In this document: piece by piece, positions 52,101 through 64,000 of the stretch
How the letters are laid out: the number at the start of each line of letters is the position of its first letter
Numbering within the stretch: the stretch's first letter is position 1
Assembly: GCF_009914755.1 (NCBI RefSeq)
Contig: NC_060926.1
Source: the human T2T-CHM13v2.0 reference genome, Homo sapiens
Strand: one strand, 5' to 3'
Length of the DNA: 64,000 nt
Notes under the pieces: generated by a model
What the model saw: the letters and a program-made list of their open reading frames with translations, nothing else
What the model was told of the DNA's origin: nothing
The model's database searches: none
Translations under genes and position numbers: made by a program

Positions 52101-52786
52101 AGGCTCGCTACTCATCTTGCCTTTATCTCAGCCTTCCCTGTATAGCTGAACAGTTCTACCTTTGGCTACATTTCCAATCATTATGACTTATCACCTCACC
52201 CCAGTTTAAATCTGTACGCTAGACATAGGCTGAAAATACGAGACGAGGGCCAAAGGAAACACTCTTCTTTCCAGTTTATATATATATATAGCATATATTT
52301 GCCCCTCGGGGAAGGCTGTAGATTTTTTTTTTTCAGCCTGCTGCTACTACTTTGGGAAAAGGCCTTTTCTCCTGGCGCCTGTTCAAACCGCCACACTTCA
52401 GGCCAATCCTTCGGCCTGACCATTCCCGGATCTTGTTATGCCAGCACAGCACATTCGAGGGCTCTGGGGGGCAGCAGCTCGGCGAAGAGCAGTCAAATAA
52501 ATAAATAAATAAACAAATAAATGAACGGACATATAAGGGCTTTTCCCGCCTGGGTTCGCTTAAATAATGGGGGACAAGCGCCTCTGGGCCACGAGCTTGT
52601 TGTTTGTCCTGGGGTGGGGGGTAGGGGATGAGAGGTGGCCTCAGGTCCCTCTTGCTCCTTCCAGCCGCCCCAGGGGACACTGTAGAACCAGCCTCTGGTG
52701 CGGGGAGACCTCCGCCTGCCGGAGGAAGTCCCAGCCTCAGGTTTCCGGGGCTGGTGGTCTCCCTGCTCTGCTGTCTGGCGCCTCGT

Positions 52787-52800
52787 CCAGGAGGAGGCGC
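52787..52800 (+). promoter_or_regulatory. Candidate CTCF site in the D8-D4 gap (forward orientation)
   Basis: CCAGGAGGAGGCGC; another match CCCGGAGGGGGCGC at 53050-53063. Confidence 0.5.
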
Positions 52801-53577
52801 TGTAGGACAAGCGTCTCGCCGGCTGCGGCGGGCCGGGGAGGGCGGGAGCGGAGGGATCGGTACCCGCTCCTCCCTTCCCGCGCACTCTACCTCCGCGCGC
52901 CAAGTGTGTGGGGCCTCGAACAAGGGTCGACGGTGCTGCGCCCCGTCCCCCAAGGGGTTCCTTTCCCCAGACTGGCAGTGGAAGCAGCTCCGAGGCCTGG
53001 GAGCCTAGGGCCGTTCCGGGTTGGCGGGTCACCTCGCTTTCTCCGCGCTCCCGGAGGGGGCGCGATTTCCTCGTGCTGCGCTTGTAGGAGCAGCAACTTG
53101 AATCCTGTGTGGGGCAAGCTGGGCCCAATCCGCGGATCCCAACCAGCCCCTCCCGCTGGGCCGTGGGTCTTGTCATTTACCTTGCCCAGGATTCCTGGTA
53201 CCCAGAATGGACAGCCTTGAAAAGCACATCCTTTAGTGCCTCCTCCAACAGGCTGATGGGCCTTGCCCTTGCTCACTTAGAACAGGACCTGGGTCCTGGG
53301 ACTCCCTGGAGACTCAGAGCTTGGGTAAATCCCATTTGCTCTGCAGCTCAAGAGAACTAGCCAGATGCGCATGTCTACTCCACACCACCCAACCACTCTT
53401 CTATCACCACTTCGCTCATTTCAGGCCTTTTGTGGGCTCCACTGGGCACTCCTCGCACCAGGTTCAAGAGCCAGCGACACCTTACTTAAATAATGCTCTG
53501 ACCCAATCCCACTGATCCTCCGTTATCTCTTGGCAATGCAGTCTTTTGTCCCCCTCTCCCCACCGCCTTCTCTAGGG

Positions 53578-53752
53578 TAATGATTCTCAGTGAAGACCTG
53601 CATCAAATCTCTTGTTTATAATGCAGGTTTCTGGGTCCTATCCCAGACCTACTGAATCAGAATATCCAGATATGGTACCCAGAGACCTGCATTTTGTAAA
53701 CACTCCTCCGCCCAGGGCACTTGGGCTGCATACTTATGTTTGAGAACCACTG
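53578..53752 (-). mobile_element. MER5A-like non-autonomous hAT-Charlie DNA transposon remnant
   Basis: Terminal tttgagaaccactg, a degenerate opposite end taatgattctca, and the internal cccagacctactgaatcagaa...ctgcatttt signature. Confidence 0.75.
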
Positions 53753-53961
53753 GTCAATTATCTCTCCTGCTCCTTTTATGATCCTTTGTTCTCCAAAGAT
53801 CAAGTTCCCTCTAACCCTACAACTAAGCATCCCCCAGAGCTCTTAGGGTTCCATCCAGGGTTGTGGTTTTTAAGGTCACCACCCTATAGACTGAATACTT
53901 ACATTTTAGGGAAGAGGCCGTGGATCCCTTAACTTTTGGCTTACAGATTTCAAAGACAGCA

Positions 53962-54092
53962 GGTTGTGGGTTCAGACTGCCATGGTACCACTTACCTATT
54001 GCGTGACCTTAGGCGAGTACTGCAACTCTCTAGACCTGTTAATTTCTTTGAAAAGGAGGGATAAGAGTACCTTCAAGGGTTGCTATGAGAAT
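53962..54092 (+). mobile_element. MIR-like SINE remnant
   Basis: tgggttca...ccacttac...gtgaccttaggcgagt...aactctct...gggataagagtacct...ggttgctatgagaatt resembles the MIR core. Confidence 0.6.
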
Positions 54093-56515
54093 TTTTACTT
54101 ACTTGCAATTCTATATGTCAGGCACTATTCTAACTGCTTTATGTACCTTTAACTCACTGGTTAAGTACTTAAACCAGTGTTTTGCCACATACCAAGTATT
54201 CAATACATACATGTTTCTTATTATCCCCCTTTTGCTGAGTAATCAGGCCTAGACTTTTAGAGCAAAAGACCCCTGGTTCACTCACCAAATTTTTGAATTC
54301 TATGGAGGAGAAGACAGGCTTGAACACACAGGAAGTAGCAGACTCAGGAGAACATAGTTCCGTGACTTAACCTATTGCTGTTGTGGGCCACATAGTCCTG
54401 GCCCATTGGGTCTCAGTGTCTGGCACCTAAATGTATCAGGGTTACACCAGGCAGAAAGTGGCCCTAACTCCTCAGTGGGCAGGTATCAGGTAGGGGAGGC
54501 CTCACATTCACACAGGCACATCTTCGACTCCCACAGATGGCTTCAGGTCTTTCCTGAGAGCAGGCCCATTTATCCAGCTCCTGCAATCACCTTCTCCATC
54601 ACCACCCTGTCCTGTCAGTCACACCCACTGGGCTGGTTGTTCCTCTTGTTATTCTATAGCCCCAGGGCAAGGACCCTCCTTAGTCTTTTAAAATCTAGGG
54701 CAGGGTAGGAAAGCAAAAGACCAACAACAGCCAAGGAAGCCGAGGAGCCCCACCTCCACTCCCCCCAACCCTTCTCACCCCTTTAACTGCTTGTGCCCCA
54801 GGATCTGGGTTCCAGGGCAGCAGCTGAGCCTCTGCCCCCAACATGTGTGGGGGTTGTAGCCAGAAAGGGTATTTTTATAACTCTTCATAAAAGATGTACG
54901 GAATTTAAAAGAATTGGAAGGGTCAATGGAGAATTGAGGGATAAGTCCTCACCCTTAGTTCTGGGTCCATGACTTCTGGCTACAGACTTTTTTCATGAGA
55001 GACTTAGTAGCTCTTGGCCAAGCTGCTTTGCTTGGCTTAACCAGGAAGTCCTCCTGGGTCAGATTTTCCCTCAAAACATACAGTTTCTTCTGCTACCAAC
55101 CTTGTCAGGCAGTGTTCTGCCTACAGCCTAGGGCAGCACCTCCTGTTCCAACAAATCTTGGTTCTCCTAGTACTTAGGTAGCCACCTTAGCCTCTTCTGC
55201 CCTTCTTGGGACCACTGGAGCCTTATTTCTAGCCTCCGCTCTGCTCTCAAACATCTTGCTCCAAGCCCCCTCCCCTTTTGTTTTGGTCTCTTCTCTCACT
55301 ATTGGCCTTTTTGTCTGGGGTCACCTCTGCCTCCCTGGGTCCTCAAGCCAGAGCTCCAATGAGTGACTCCACTGGGGCAGAGGGAAGTGGGCAGGGAGAG
55401 AAATGTTTCTGTTTTGGTGATAGAGTATAGTGCCAGGAATATAGAGTTATGTTTCTCTCATGCTGGGGACTCCCTGTTCAGTCCTTCTCTGGCTATACCC
55501 CCAGACTACGTCCTTAAGTACCAGCCCTGGGCAGTCTTCTTTCTCCACCTGCCCCGGCCAGGTATTCAAAGCCCCACCTATCTCTTCTGGTTGTACAAAC
55601 ATTTAGTTTAAGAGGAAAGCTCCACCCCCCTTTAGGCAAAAGGCCTCTTAAGAGCCAAAATGAGAATATTCTTTCCTGGAGCCACCTAGCAGGGGCCCTT
55701 AGGGTGGGCAGAGGGCTGACTTTCATTACTTTTGGAGTAGAGCTGCTTCCTCCCGGGACCCCTTCACTCTCTCCTCCTTCCTGCGAGCTACTTTGGCTCC
55801 CAGGGTTTGGAGGAGCCCTACAAGGTGCCCTATCTCATGGGAGCTTCCTAGGCTCTTTTTAGCCACATGGGGAAGGACAGTACCTACAGTCCCACTTTAC
55901 CTATAAATTAATTCCTTCTAGGTTTTTAAGAAGGCTCAACTTGTCTTTCCCCACTGCCTCTTCCATTATCACCACAACCATTGCAAGTTCTTGGGAAACT
56001 CCCCAACAAACTGGCACATGCTAGCTCTGCTCTTTCCACCACTCAGCTTCTCTCCCCCATTTCACCCTTTCTTTCATCTACAGAAGACCAGGAGGAGGGG
56101 AGGAGAAAAGGAATAGGGGAAGGAGGAGACAAAAGAAGATTATGAGAAGGTGGACCCTTACTCTCTCTTTAATCACTTTGCCTCGCTTTCCTAAGATCAG
56201 GACATAAATGATGTCTGCCTCAATATATTCCTTTCGTCTCTCCTTTTCTTTACTCACAGCTACTTTTCCGTTATTGTCTAAATATACAGAGTAGGCTATG
56301 TAATTTTATCTTTTTGTGTAGGCCACAATAAAGGGTGCAAGCATGTCTCAGTCACCATGCTTCATCACCGTTTGTTCAAAGAATGTCTACCTAGCCCTAA
56401 CTGGGTACCCATCACTGTTTCAAACACTATTTCTCCTCAGTCTTATCTTCTCGTTACCCCATTCTCATAAAAAGCTCATCACAATTGCCTGGAAACTAAT
56501 ATGTACTATGATTAA

Positions 56516-56920
<405 letters not shown>

Positions 56921-59900
56921 TAAAAACAGATGCCATCAACCATAAAAGAAAAATATCTTCCTACATGGCTAATGAAACAAAAAAAGGAGAAATGGATGCC
57001 TTACAATCCAGGCTAATAGCCCCCTGCTTTCTAGCTAATGACAGTGAAATCAGGAAATGGGTTTGAAAATGCATGTAGAATGGGTGGAAATTGGGATGCA
57101 AAGAGATCTTTGTATGAAGGGATCTCTTTTATGGGCTTGATGGGTCTTTCTGATGGGAACAGTTGCAACTGAATTTGATTTAGAAATCATATGTGTGTGT
57201 GCTCTACAAATCTCCACAGAACATCCATTATTTTCATCAGAATAGTCAAAACCACACGTTTTTACACTGTTTGGTGGCAACTCTGGTGGGCTATTGAAGG
57301 GTGCTGGGGGGTCAATTCTCTTTTTATTTATGCTCCTTGGTGGGAGCTGAGGGCATCTTTCCCTCTCTCTTACCCCCACCCCAGCCTCCCCCAAGCAGAG
57401 AATGCCACATTTTCCTAGAGAGCAGCTTCAGGCCCAAGCTCTTTCCTTGGCTTTCTCAGCAGGACAGCGGCAGTGTACTACTCTCTCTTCCTCTCTTAGG
57501 CTCTCTCCCTGGTGGGGGCAGCAGTGTGGGTGTGGGGGTAGTGCTCCTAAAACTCCCACCCAGTTTTGAGCCCCCAAAGTTCCTGAGCCTTAATCACTGT
57601 GCTTGGAGACACCATGGGAGTGGGGACATCTGACTTCCTAGGCTTGGATTCCTTGAGAGTCTCATTTGCTTCCTCACACCCTGTCGCCTTCACACCAGGG
57701 CTGTTTTATTGTTTTATAACCTTCTTTGGAGCTTTAGTTGCCAAAGATTCTAATGAGGCTATTCTCCACTTTCTCACTTTACCAAACCCCAAGTCTTGCT
57801 GTGTTAAGCAGTTTGGTCACTTGCAAAGGCTTTCCTTTCAGATCTAAGCGAATTACAGAAACCTCTAGGCATGTGGCTACCTTCAACTTTGTCCAAGCCC
57901 ATGCACAACAATATGGAGGGAGCCAAGTGTTAATTCCAACTGCTACTCCCACCCCCAAACCCACGCAGCCTCTCCCTAACCACCCTTTCTCCATTGAAAC
58001 TTGAAAAAAATCTCAAATAACTTCCAACTTCTGTCATAAGCAAATAAGAAGTGGCTTTTGACCTTCCTCTTTATCACATCTAGAGCTAGAAAATTATTGA
58101 AATAAAGGGGTTGATGGTACTCACAGTGAATGCCGCCAAAGAATCATAAGACATGCCCACCAACTAGCCTTTTCCAAATAGCACTATCTCCCAACTTAAA
58201 CAGCTTCTCCGAAAAGATGCTATTTGAAAAGCCTGGGGTATTGATATGAATATGACCTCCCTTGCATCCTGGATATTTGGAACTATTTAAATCTGAGGTA
58301 ACCGTTGCAGCGAACCTTTATTTAGTGAATAAAAGTTTAAAGCCAAAGGTTATTTATGGTTCTGCAGAGATGGGACCTGAGTGGCTATTTACGAGCACGT
58401 GATTCCAATAAACTTTGTTTTATGGCTTGAGAGTTGACAAGCCAAAATATAATTCCCACCATAAATTAGGTTAAGAGCATACAAGTGCAGATGCTGGGTT
58501 CCTGGAGCAGCAATAGGAACGTGAGAGGCTCCAGCCAGCTCCAGGCTAAGAAGGAGACGGTTCTACTCCCAGCTCCCCTGCCCACTAGGAAAGAAAAACA
58601 GTAAGTCACTTATTACTTTTTCCACAACAACTTCAGAGGTGGGAGATTTCTCTGTTCCTGACTTTTCTGCCTAGGATGGGGATAAGTCTCATCGAAGTTA
58701 ATTCTAATTTTAGCCTAAACCTAAATTAACAAATAGAATGAGCATCTCGATCTCCCATGCCCTCCCTTCCTGATAGGGACAGTTAGGAATTGAGGGCTCT
58801 CACCTCACAAGAGGGACTTACTGCCCCTCTCCTCCCCCTTAAGAGCATCTCCTTCAGAAGTGGAATAAAACAGTGGTATTCTGGGTGGGGAAAGAAAGAG
58901 AGGATGAGGGTGAAGCTGCTTTGTCCCTGAGATTTCTGATACTGCTTTCCTATAATAATATCAGGAAAGACTGAAAACTTAAAACTGGACACCAGCCTCT
59001 GGGAGGACCACTGCTTAGTAAGATTGTCTTCTGGGCTCTCCAGCAGCAATCCTGAAAAATTGATGTCATACCCATAGAGCTGGATAACAATCTAAAGCAT
59101 TGCCATTCACCTTTAAACCCATTGATTTTCCTCCTCCTTGGTTATCATTTGGGTCCTCATTTCCCCCTGGAAATTGCTCTTTGTTTTGAATTGGAGTAGA
59201 AGTGGCAAGTCCCAGCCATGCCTGATTCTTCTTTGAAGAGGAGAAGACAGGTTTTGGGGGCACTGGTTGGGGCTGAGGAATTTGAAACCAAGCTGAAGCT
59301 GGAAAGGGAGGCTGAATTGCTCCCAGGGTGGGAGAGATAGGAAGCAGGGGTGAGGGGCAGATGGAGCGGCTACCCCCTCCCCAGTGGACCTGCACCCACC
59401 CGGCCCGATTGCGCAGAAGGAAACACACAAAGGCCCATTTTCTCCTCGCTTCTCGTTTTCCCACTGGGAAAACCCTGTTACAGGCGACCTGACTCGGGCC
59501 CAGTAACTAGTGAGGTTTTGCCCAAGGGTGCGTGGAGTGGGGGAGGCGATGGAGATCGAAATCTGTCATAATCCGTGGCTCTGCTCTTGAGGGACTGCGG
59601 TCTCCGGCTCTGCGGAGAACTTTGCGCAGTTCCCGGGGGCGGGCACCTGAAGCAGGGAGGTCTGGGTATTGGTGGGGTATCTGGGCCTTGTCATTTTTCT
59701 GTGTGTTATATGTGTCTGCTTTATTATCCTGTGGAATTTAAGTGATCCCCGTTTTCATTGCAACAGGTTCAGGACCATGAGAGAGCGCCGCTGTAAGTAC
59801 CTTCCCGCTTCTTCCGAATCGCGAAGAGACGGTACTGATCGCGGGGAAGTGGTGGGCTAAGGGGCCAAGCCAGCGGAGTGGGCGGATAGAAGAAAGGCCC

Positions 59901-61204
59901 TGCCTCCCCCACCCCACCCCCACCCTCCACCCCCGGCCTCGCTCTGCGAGGTTAGCCCGCTTCGGGAGGTGGAGGCGCTAAATTGAGGTCCTGGAAAGCT
60001 TTTCTGGGGCCTGGTTCACAGACACCTGCCTGAGAGAACGGTCCGCGGGGTCTCGCCCTTGTCTCCTTGGGCCTCCCTAGACCTTCGCGGCCCTTCCCTG
60101 CTCTGCACAGGTGCAGCTCCGCCAAGGCGCTCACTTCTGTTAAGAGCTTGCTAATTAGCAGCCTGTCTTATTAGCGGCTTCAAACCAACGCAGTAAACAC
60201 CAAGGCAATGCGGTCCCCTCCGCAGCCCAACCCTTCTTAACCTGGTCTAGCCTGGCCAACCTTCTGTTTTTAAAAAAATTCACTGAAAACAAAAACTCAA
60301 TCCTCTGTGGCCGTGGGTGTGTTGAGTTGCCCGCTTCTGAGCTTTATGTGGACATTCCTTCCCCGCCCCTCCCCCGATCTGTTTGCAGCGGTGTGGGCCC
60401 TGGGCTTGGGACACTGGCTGAGCGAGGAGGGATACGGACCTTCTTTTCACCTCTGCTTCTCTGTAACTGCAGTTGGAGAATTTCCGCCCCAGAGGCGCTG
60501 GTGCTGCAAGGAGGCATAGGAGGGTGGAGTGGGGTGGATGCGGTGGGGTGGGGCCAGAGACTCGTGGGATCCTTGGCTTGGATGTTTGGATCTTTCTGAG
60601 TTGCCTGTGCCGCGAAAGACAGGTACATTTCTGATTAGGCCTGTGAAGCCTCCTGGAGGACCATCTCATTAAGACGATGGTATTGGAGGGAGAGTCACAG
60701 AAAGAACTGTGGCCCCTCCCTCACTGCAAAACGGAAGTGATTTTATTTTAATGGGAGTTGGAATATGTGAGGGCTGCAGGAACCAGTCTCCCTCCTTCTT
60801 GGTTGGAAAAGCTGGGGCTGGCCTCAGAGACAGGTTTTTTGGCCCCGCTGGGCTGGGCAGTCTAGTCGACCCTTTGTAGACTGTGCACACCCCTAGAAGA
60901 GCAACTACCCCTATACACCAGGCTGGCTCAAGTGAAAGGGGCTCTGGGCTCCAGTCTGGAAAATCTGGTGTCCTGGGGACCTCTGGTCTTGCTTCTCTCC
61001 TCCCCTGCACTGGCTCTGGGTGCTTATCTCTGCAGAAGCTTCTCGCTAGCAAACCCACATTCAGCGCCCTGTAGCTGAACACAGCACAAAAAGCCCTAGA
61101 GATCAAAAGCATTAGTATGGGCAGTTGAGCGGGAGGTGAATATTTAACGCTTTTGTTCATCAATAACTCGTTGGCTTTGACCTGTCTGAACAAGTCGAGC
61201 AATA

Positions 61205-61221
61205 AGGTGAAATGCAGGTCA
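61205..61221 (+). promoter_or_regulatory. DR5 retinoic acid response element upstream of MIR10B/HOXD4
   Basis: AGGTGA aatgc AGGTCA, ~2.57 kb 5' of the HOXD4 ATG, with an extra half-site TGACCT at 61178. A 5' RARE is established for Hoxd4. Confidence 0.85.
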
Positions 61222-62444
61222 CAGCGTCTAACAAATATGAAAATGTGTATATTCACCCCGGTCTCCAGCCGGCTCAGCAGGCTCCCCCAATTTGTCTGGA
61301 TAGAGCCTAGGCCCAGTGTCCCAGGAAGGTGGATACTTGGGAGTCTTTGGCATTCAGGGAAATTGGGGGGACTCTCCTGGGATAAACAGATTCTGCAGCC
61401 TCATAGCCCTTGTTAGAACTGGCGCCCCCAAAATCCCTACGAAACAGGTAAAGTGGTGGAAGCAAAGGATGGGGGGATGAGCAAAGTGCCAGGCTTGGAG
61501 GGGGAGTATCCCTGCCCCACCCCACCAGGCCCAGGCCCAGGCTTGAAACTAAATTTTGAATTATGTGGGAGGTAGGAAGGGCAATCAAGACAGTTAAAAA
61601 AAAATCTAACACCTTCAGCCTACAGTTAGGCACCCAAAAGCCCCACTCGAGCCAGGGCATCCCTGTGCCCCTGAAATCCATCGAGGCTCTGAGTGAGTCT
61701 GCGCTCTCCATGCCCTGAACTGAGGGACAAGCACTGCACAGTGCCGAGGCGCTGGGGCGGGTGAAATTTGTGAACTTTTGTACTCTTGTGTGCTGCTGTC
61801 GGCAAAGCAAAAATAATGAAAGTTTGTGATATGTTTGTAAATGATTTCGAATGACCCCTCGCCCTGCCCTTCACCATTAGCGCGCCGGCCTCAGCCCAAG
61901 GCGGCTCGGTGCCTGTGAGCAGCGCCTGCCTCGGGGTCTGCAGCAGCAGCGGAACGGAGAGGCCAGCCCGGATCAGGGCCCATGAAGGTAAATGCGCGAC
62001 TTCTTGGAGAAGTAGCTTTGGCAGACAACCTGGCTTGGTCGGGCAGTAGGAAAAGGAGTAGACACAGGATATTCCCCTCTCGCTTCTTTTTCTTCTGCCG
62101 CTGAGGGCATTTGTTCCTTTCTGGAAAATACCACTTGGTAAGGAGGAGGGTTATTTGGATCCTGGTGGGGGAGGGTGGTTAATAAAGCCGCCATCCTTGG
62201 GATGGATTATTTTTCTTTCTTTCTTTCTTTTTTTCTTTCTTAAGAAGAATATTCTGGTTGTTCGCCTGCTTGGTAACCCTGACCCTGGCAGAAGAATGAG
62301 GGAACTCATTGCTTCAAATTGTCGCCAAGCCCATTAGGCTACCTGAACTGTCTCAGAAAGTGCGGGTGGCTGCGTCGAACGGTTGTGGCTCAGAGGAAGA
62401 GATTGGGGCCGGCAGCGACCTAGGTACCTCACTCTGGGTGGGAC

Positions 62445-62554
62445 CCAGAGGTTGTAACGTTGTCTATATATACCCTGTAGAACCGAATTTGTGTGGTATC
62501 CGTATAGTCACAGATTCGATTCTAGGGGAATATATGGTCGATGCAAAAACTTCA
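62445..62554 (+). ncRNA. MIR10B: microRNA-10b precursor hairpin
   Basis: Mature 5p TACCCTGTAGAACCGAATTTGTG at 62471-62493 and 3p ACAGATTCGATTCTAGGGGAAT at 62510-62531. The arms are complementary, and the position just upstream of a Hox4 gene is canonical. Confidence 0.98.
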
Positions 62555-63775
62555 CGTTTCTTCGGAATAGCCAGAGACCAAAGTGCGACATGGAGACTAG
62601 AAGCAGCCGGCGCTGGTCAGCCGCCTCGTTCTGTTTTATTACCTTGGACTCCAGGAGGATCAGCTGCGCCTGGTGACATAGAGCAGCTTTTCCTCTCCAG
62701 AAGCTCCTCACCTTTAAACAGAGTATCCTCTGGGTGCTGAAAAGAAAGAAAGACAGAAAGAGAGAAAGAGAGAGAGAGAGAGAAAGAGAGAATGCAAGCC
62801 TAATTGGTTGCATGGATGCAGGGCCAAAGGGCTAGGTTTTGGGGTACTAGGGAGTGAGGTACAAGGCCAGCTTGCCCAGTCCCAGCTCTGCCCTCCAGGA
62901 ACATGAGGTGCAAAGGTACCCAAATGGGGGCTTGCTTGTATTTGGGGCCTGTGGGAAGAAAGCAAGCTTCAAAGAAGCCCAGTGGGGAGCTCTAGGGTGC
63001 ATTTTGACAAGGTGGAGGTGCCCTTGCCACCATCCCAGCCCACCCCCAGCTACATGGGCAAGGGCAGCGAGGGCCCCCTGCTATTTTGGCAGGGCCCAGC
63101 TTTGGCTGGGAACCCCCGGGCCTGGGCACTGGTAGAAAGCATGGCGGTTACTCATTGCCTAATTTGATTCAAGCTGGCCAGATTCTGGTAACTTTTGGGT
63201 GACCCTGATGAAGACAAAGCCAGGACGGCGGCCTTTGTATGGCAGAATCCCTGCTCCCGCCGGCTGCAGGCAGGGCGGGCAGGCAGGAACCCTCCTCGCC
63301 TGGGGCACTCTGCCCAACTCAGAGGCGAGTTCACCCACCCACCTTTCATTGCTCTGTACCCCAATAGGAGGATTCATTCTCCCTTGAGCTGTGCCTACTT
63401 GGTGTCGGGGGGCGGGGGTTGCATTCAGCTGGGGGTGAGTGGAAGGGCCACGGAAGGTTGGCAAAATCAGTGGCAGACAAAAGCTGGGATTACCTGAGGG
63501 GAATGGGGTGCTGGGGACTGGAACTACATTAATATCTGGCAGGGGCTCTCAAATGTGCCATAGCAAGCTACTTGATTACACGTATGTTATTTAGTTAAAT
63601 TTGTGAAAATTATGAGATGCTCACCAACCCGGTGATAAACTTGCTCCCTCGCCATTGGCTGGCCTGGTCACATGGCTGCCCAACTTTATTCAGTTGACAG
63701 CAAGTAGGAGGGCCCTATGGAAGGAGAAAAAAAGACAACACGAGAAAAATTAGTATTTTCTACCTTCTGAAATTA

Positions 63776-64000
63776 ATGGTCATGAGTTCGTATATGGTGA
63801 ACTCCAAGTATGTGGACCCCAAGTTCCCTCCGTGCGAGGAGTATTTGCAGGGCGGCTACCTAGGCGAGCAGGGCGCCGACTACTACGGCGGCGGCGCGCA
63901 GGGCGCAGACTTCCAGCCCCCGGGGCTCTACCCACGGCCCGACTTCGGTGAGCAGCCTTTCGGAGGCAGCGGCCCCGGGCCTGGCTCGGCGCTGCCTGCG
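63776..64000 (+). CDS. HOXD4: Homeobox protein Hox-D4, exon 1, truncated by the window end
   Basis: aattaATGGTCATGAGTTCG translates to [37 protein letters not shown], the Dfd/Hox4 N-terminal signature. The frame stays open to the window end. Confidence 0.96.
   Translation, partial: MVMSSYMVNSKYVDPKFPPCEEYLQGGYLGEQGADYYGGGAQGADFQPPGLYPRPDFGEQPFGGSGPGPGSALPA

Overview
Primate, most likely human, genomic DNA covering most of the HOXD cluster (2q31), with all genes on the + strand. The order is HOXD13, HOXD12, HOXD11, HOXD10, HOXD9, HOXD8, a ~20 kb gap with no paralogue 7/6/5 genes, MIR10B, and the 5' part of HOXD4, which is cut by the window edge. Each complete gene has two coding exons split by a phase-1 GT-AG intron. 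By hand they splice to intact homeodomain proteins of 343, 270, 338, 340, 353 and 290/289 aa. The only transposons I recognised (one Alu, one MER5A, one MIR-like) all lie in the D8-D4 gap. This is a heavily studied locus and I cannot claim a new gene system. The least expected patterns are: (i) out-of-frame AUG uORFs that abut or overlap the main start codon of nearly every gene; (ii) a recurring CCAAT/E-box promoter module with 9-11 bp spacing, including an orphan copy in the gene-free gap; (iii) clustered DR0-type nuclear-receptor sites around HOXD11; (iv) candidate spliced sense and antisense transcripts in the D12-D11 interval. Most long ORFs in the supplied track are GC-rich shadows. Comparisons with reference sequences and literature are from memory and need checking.
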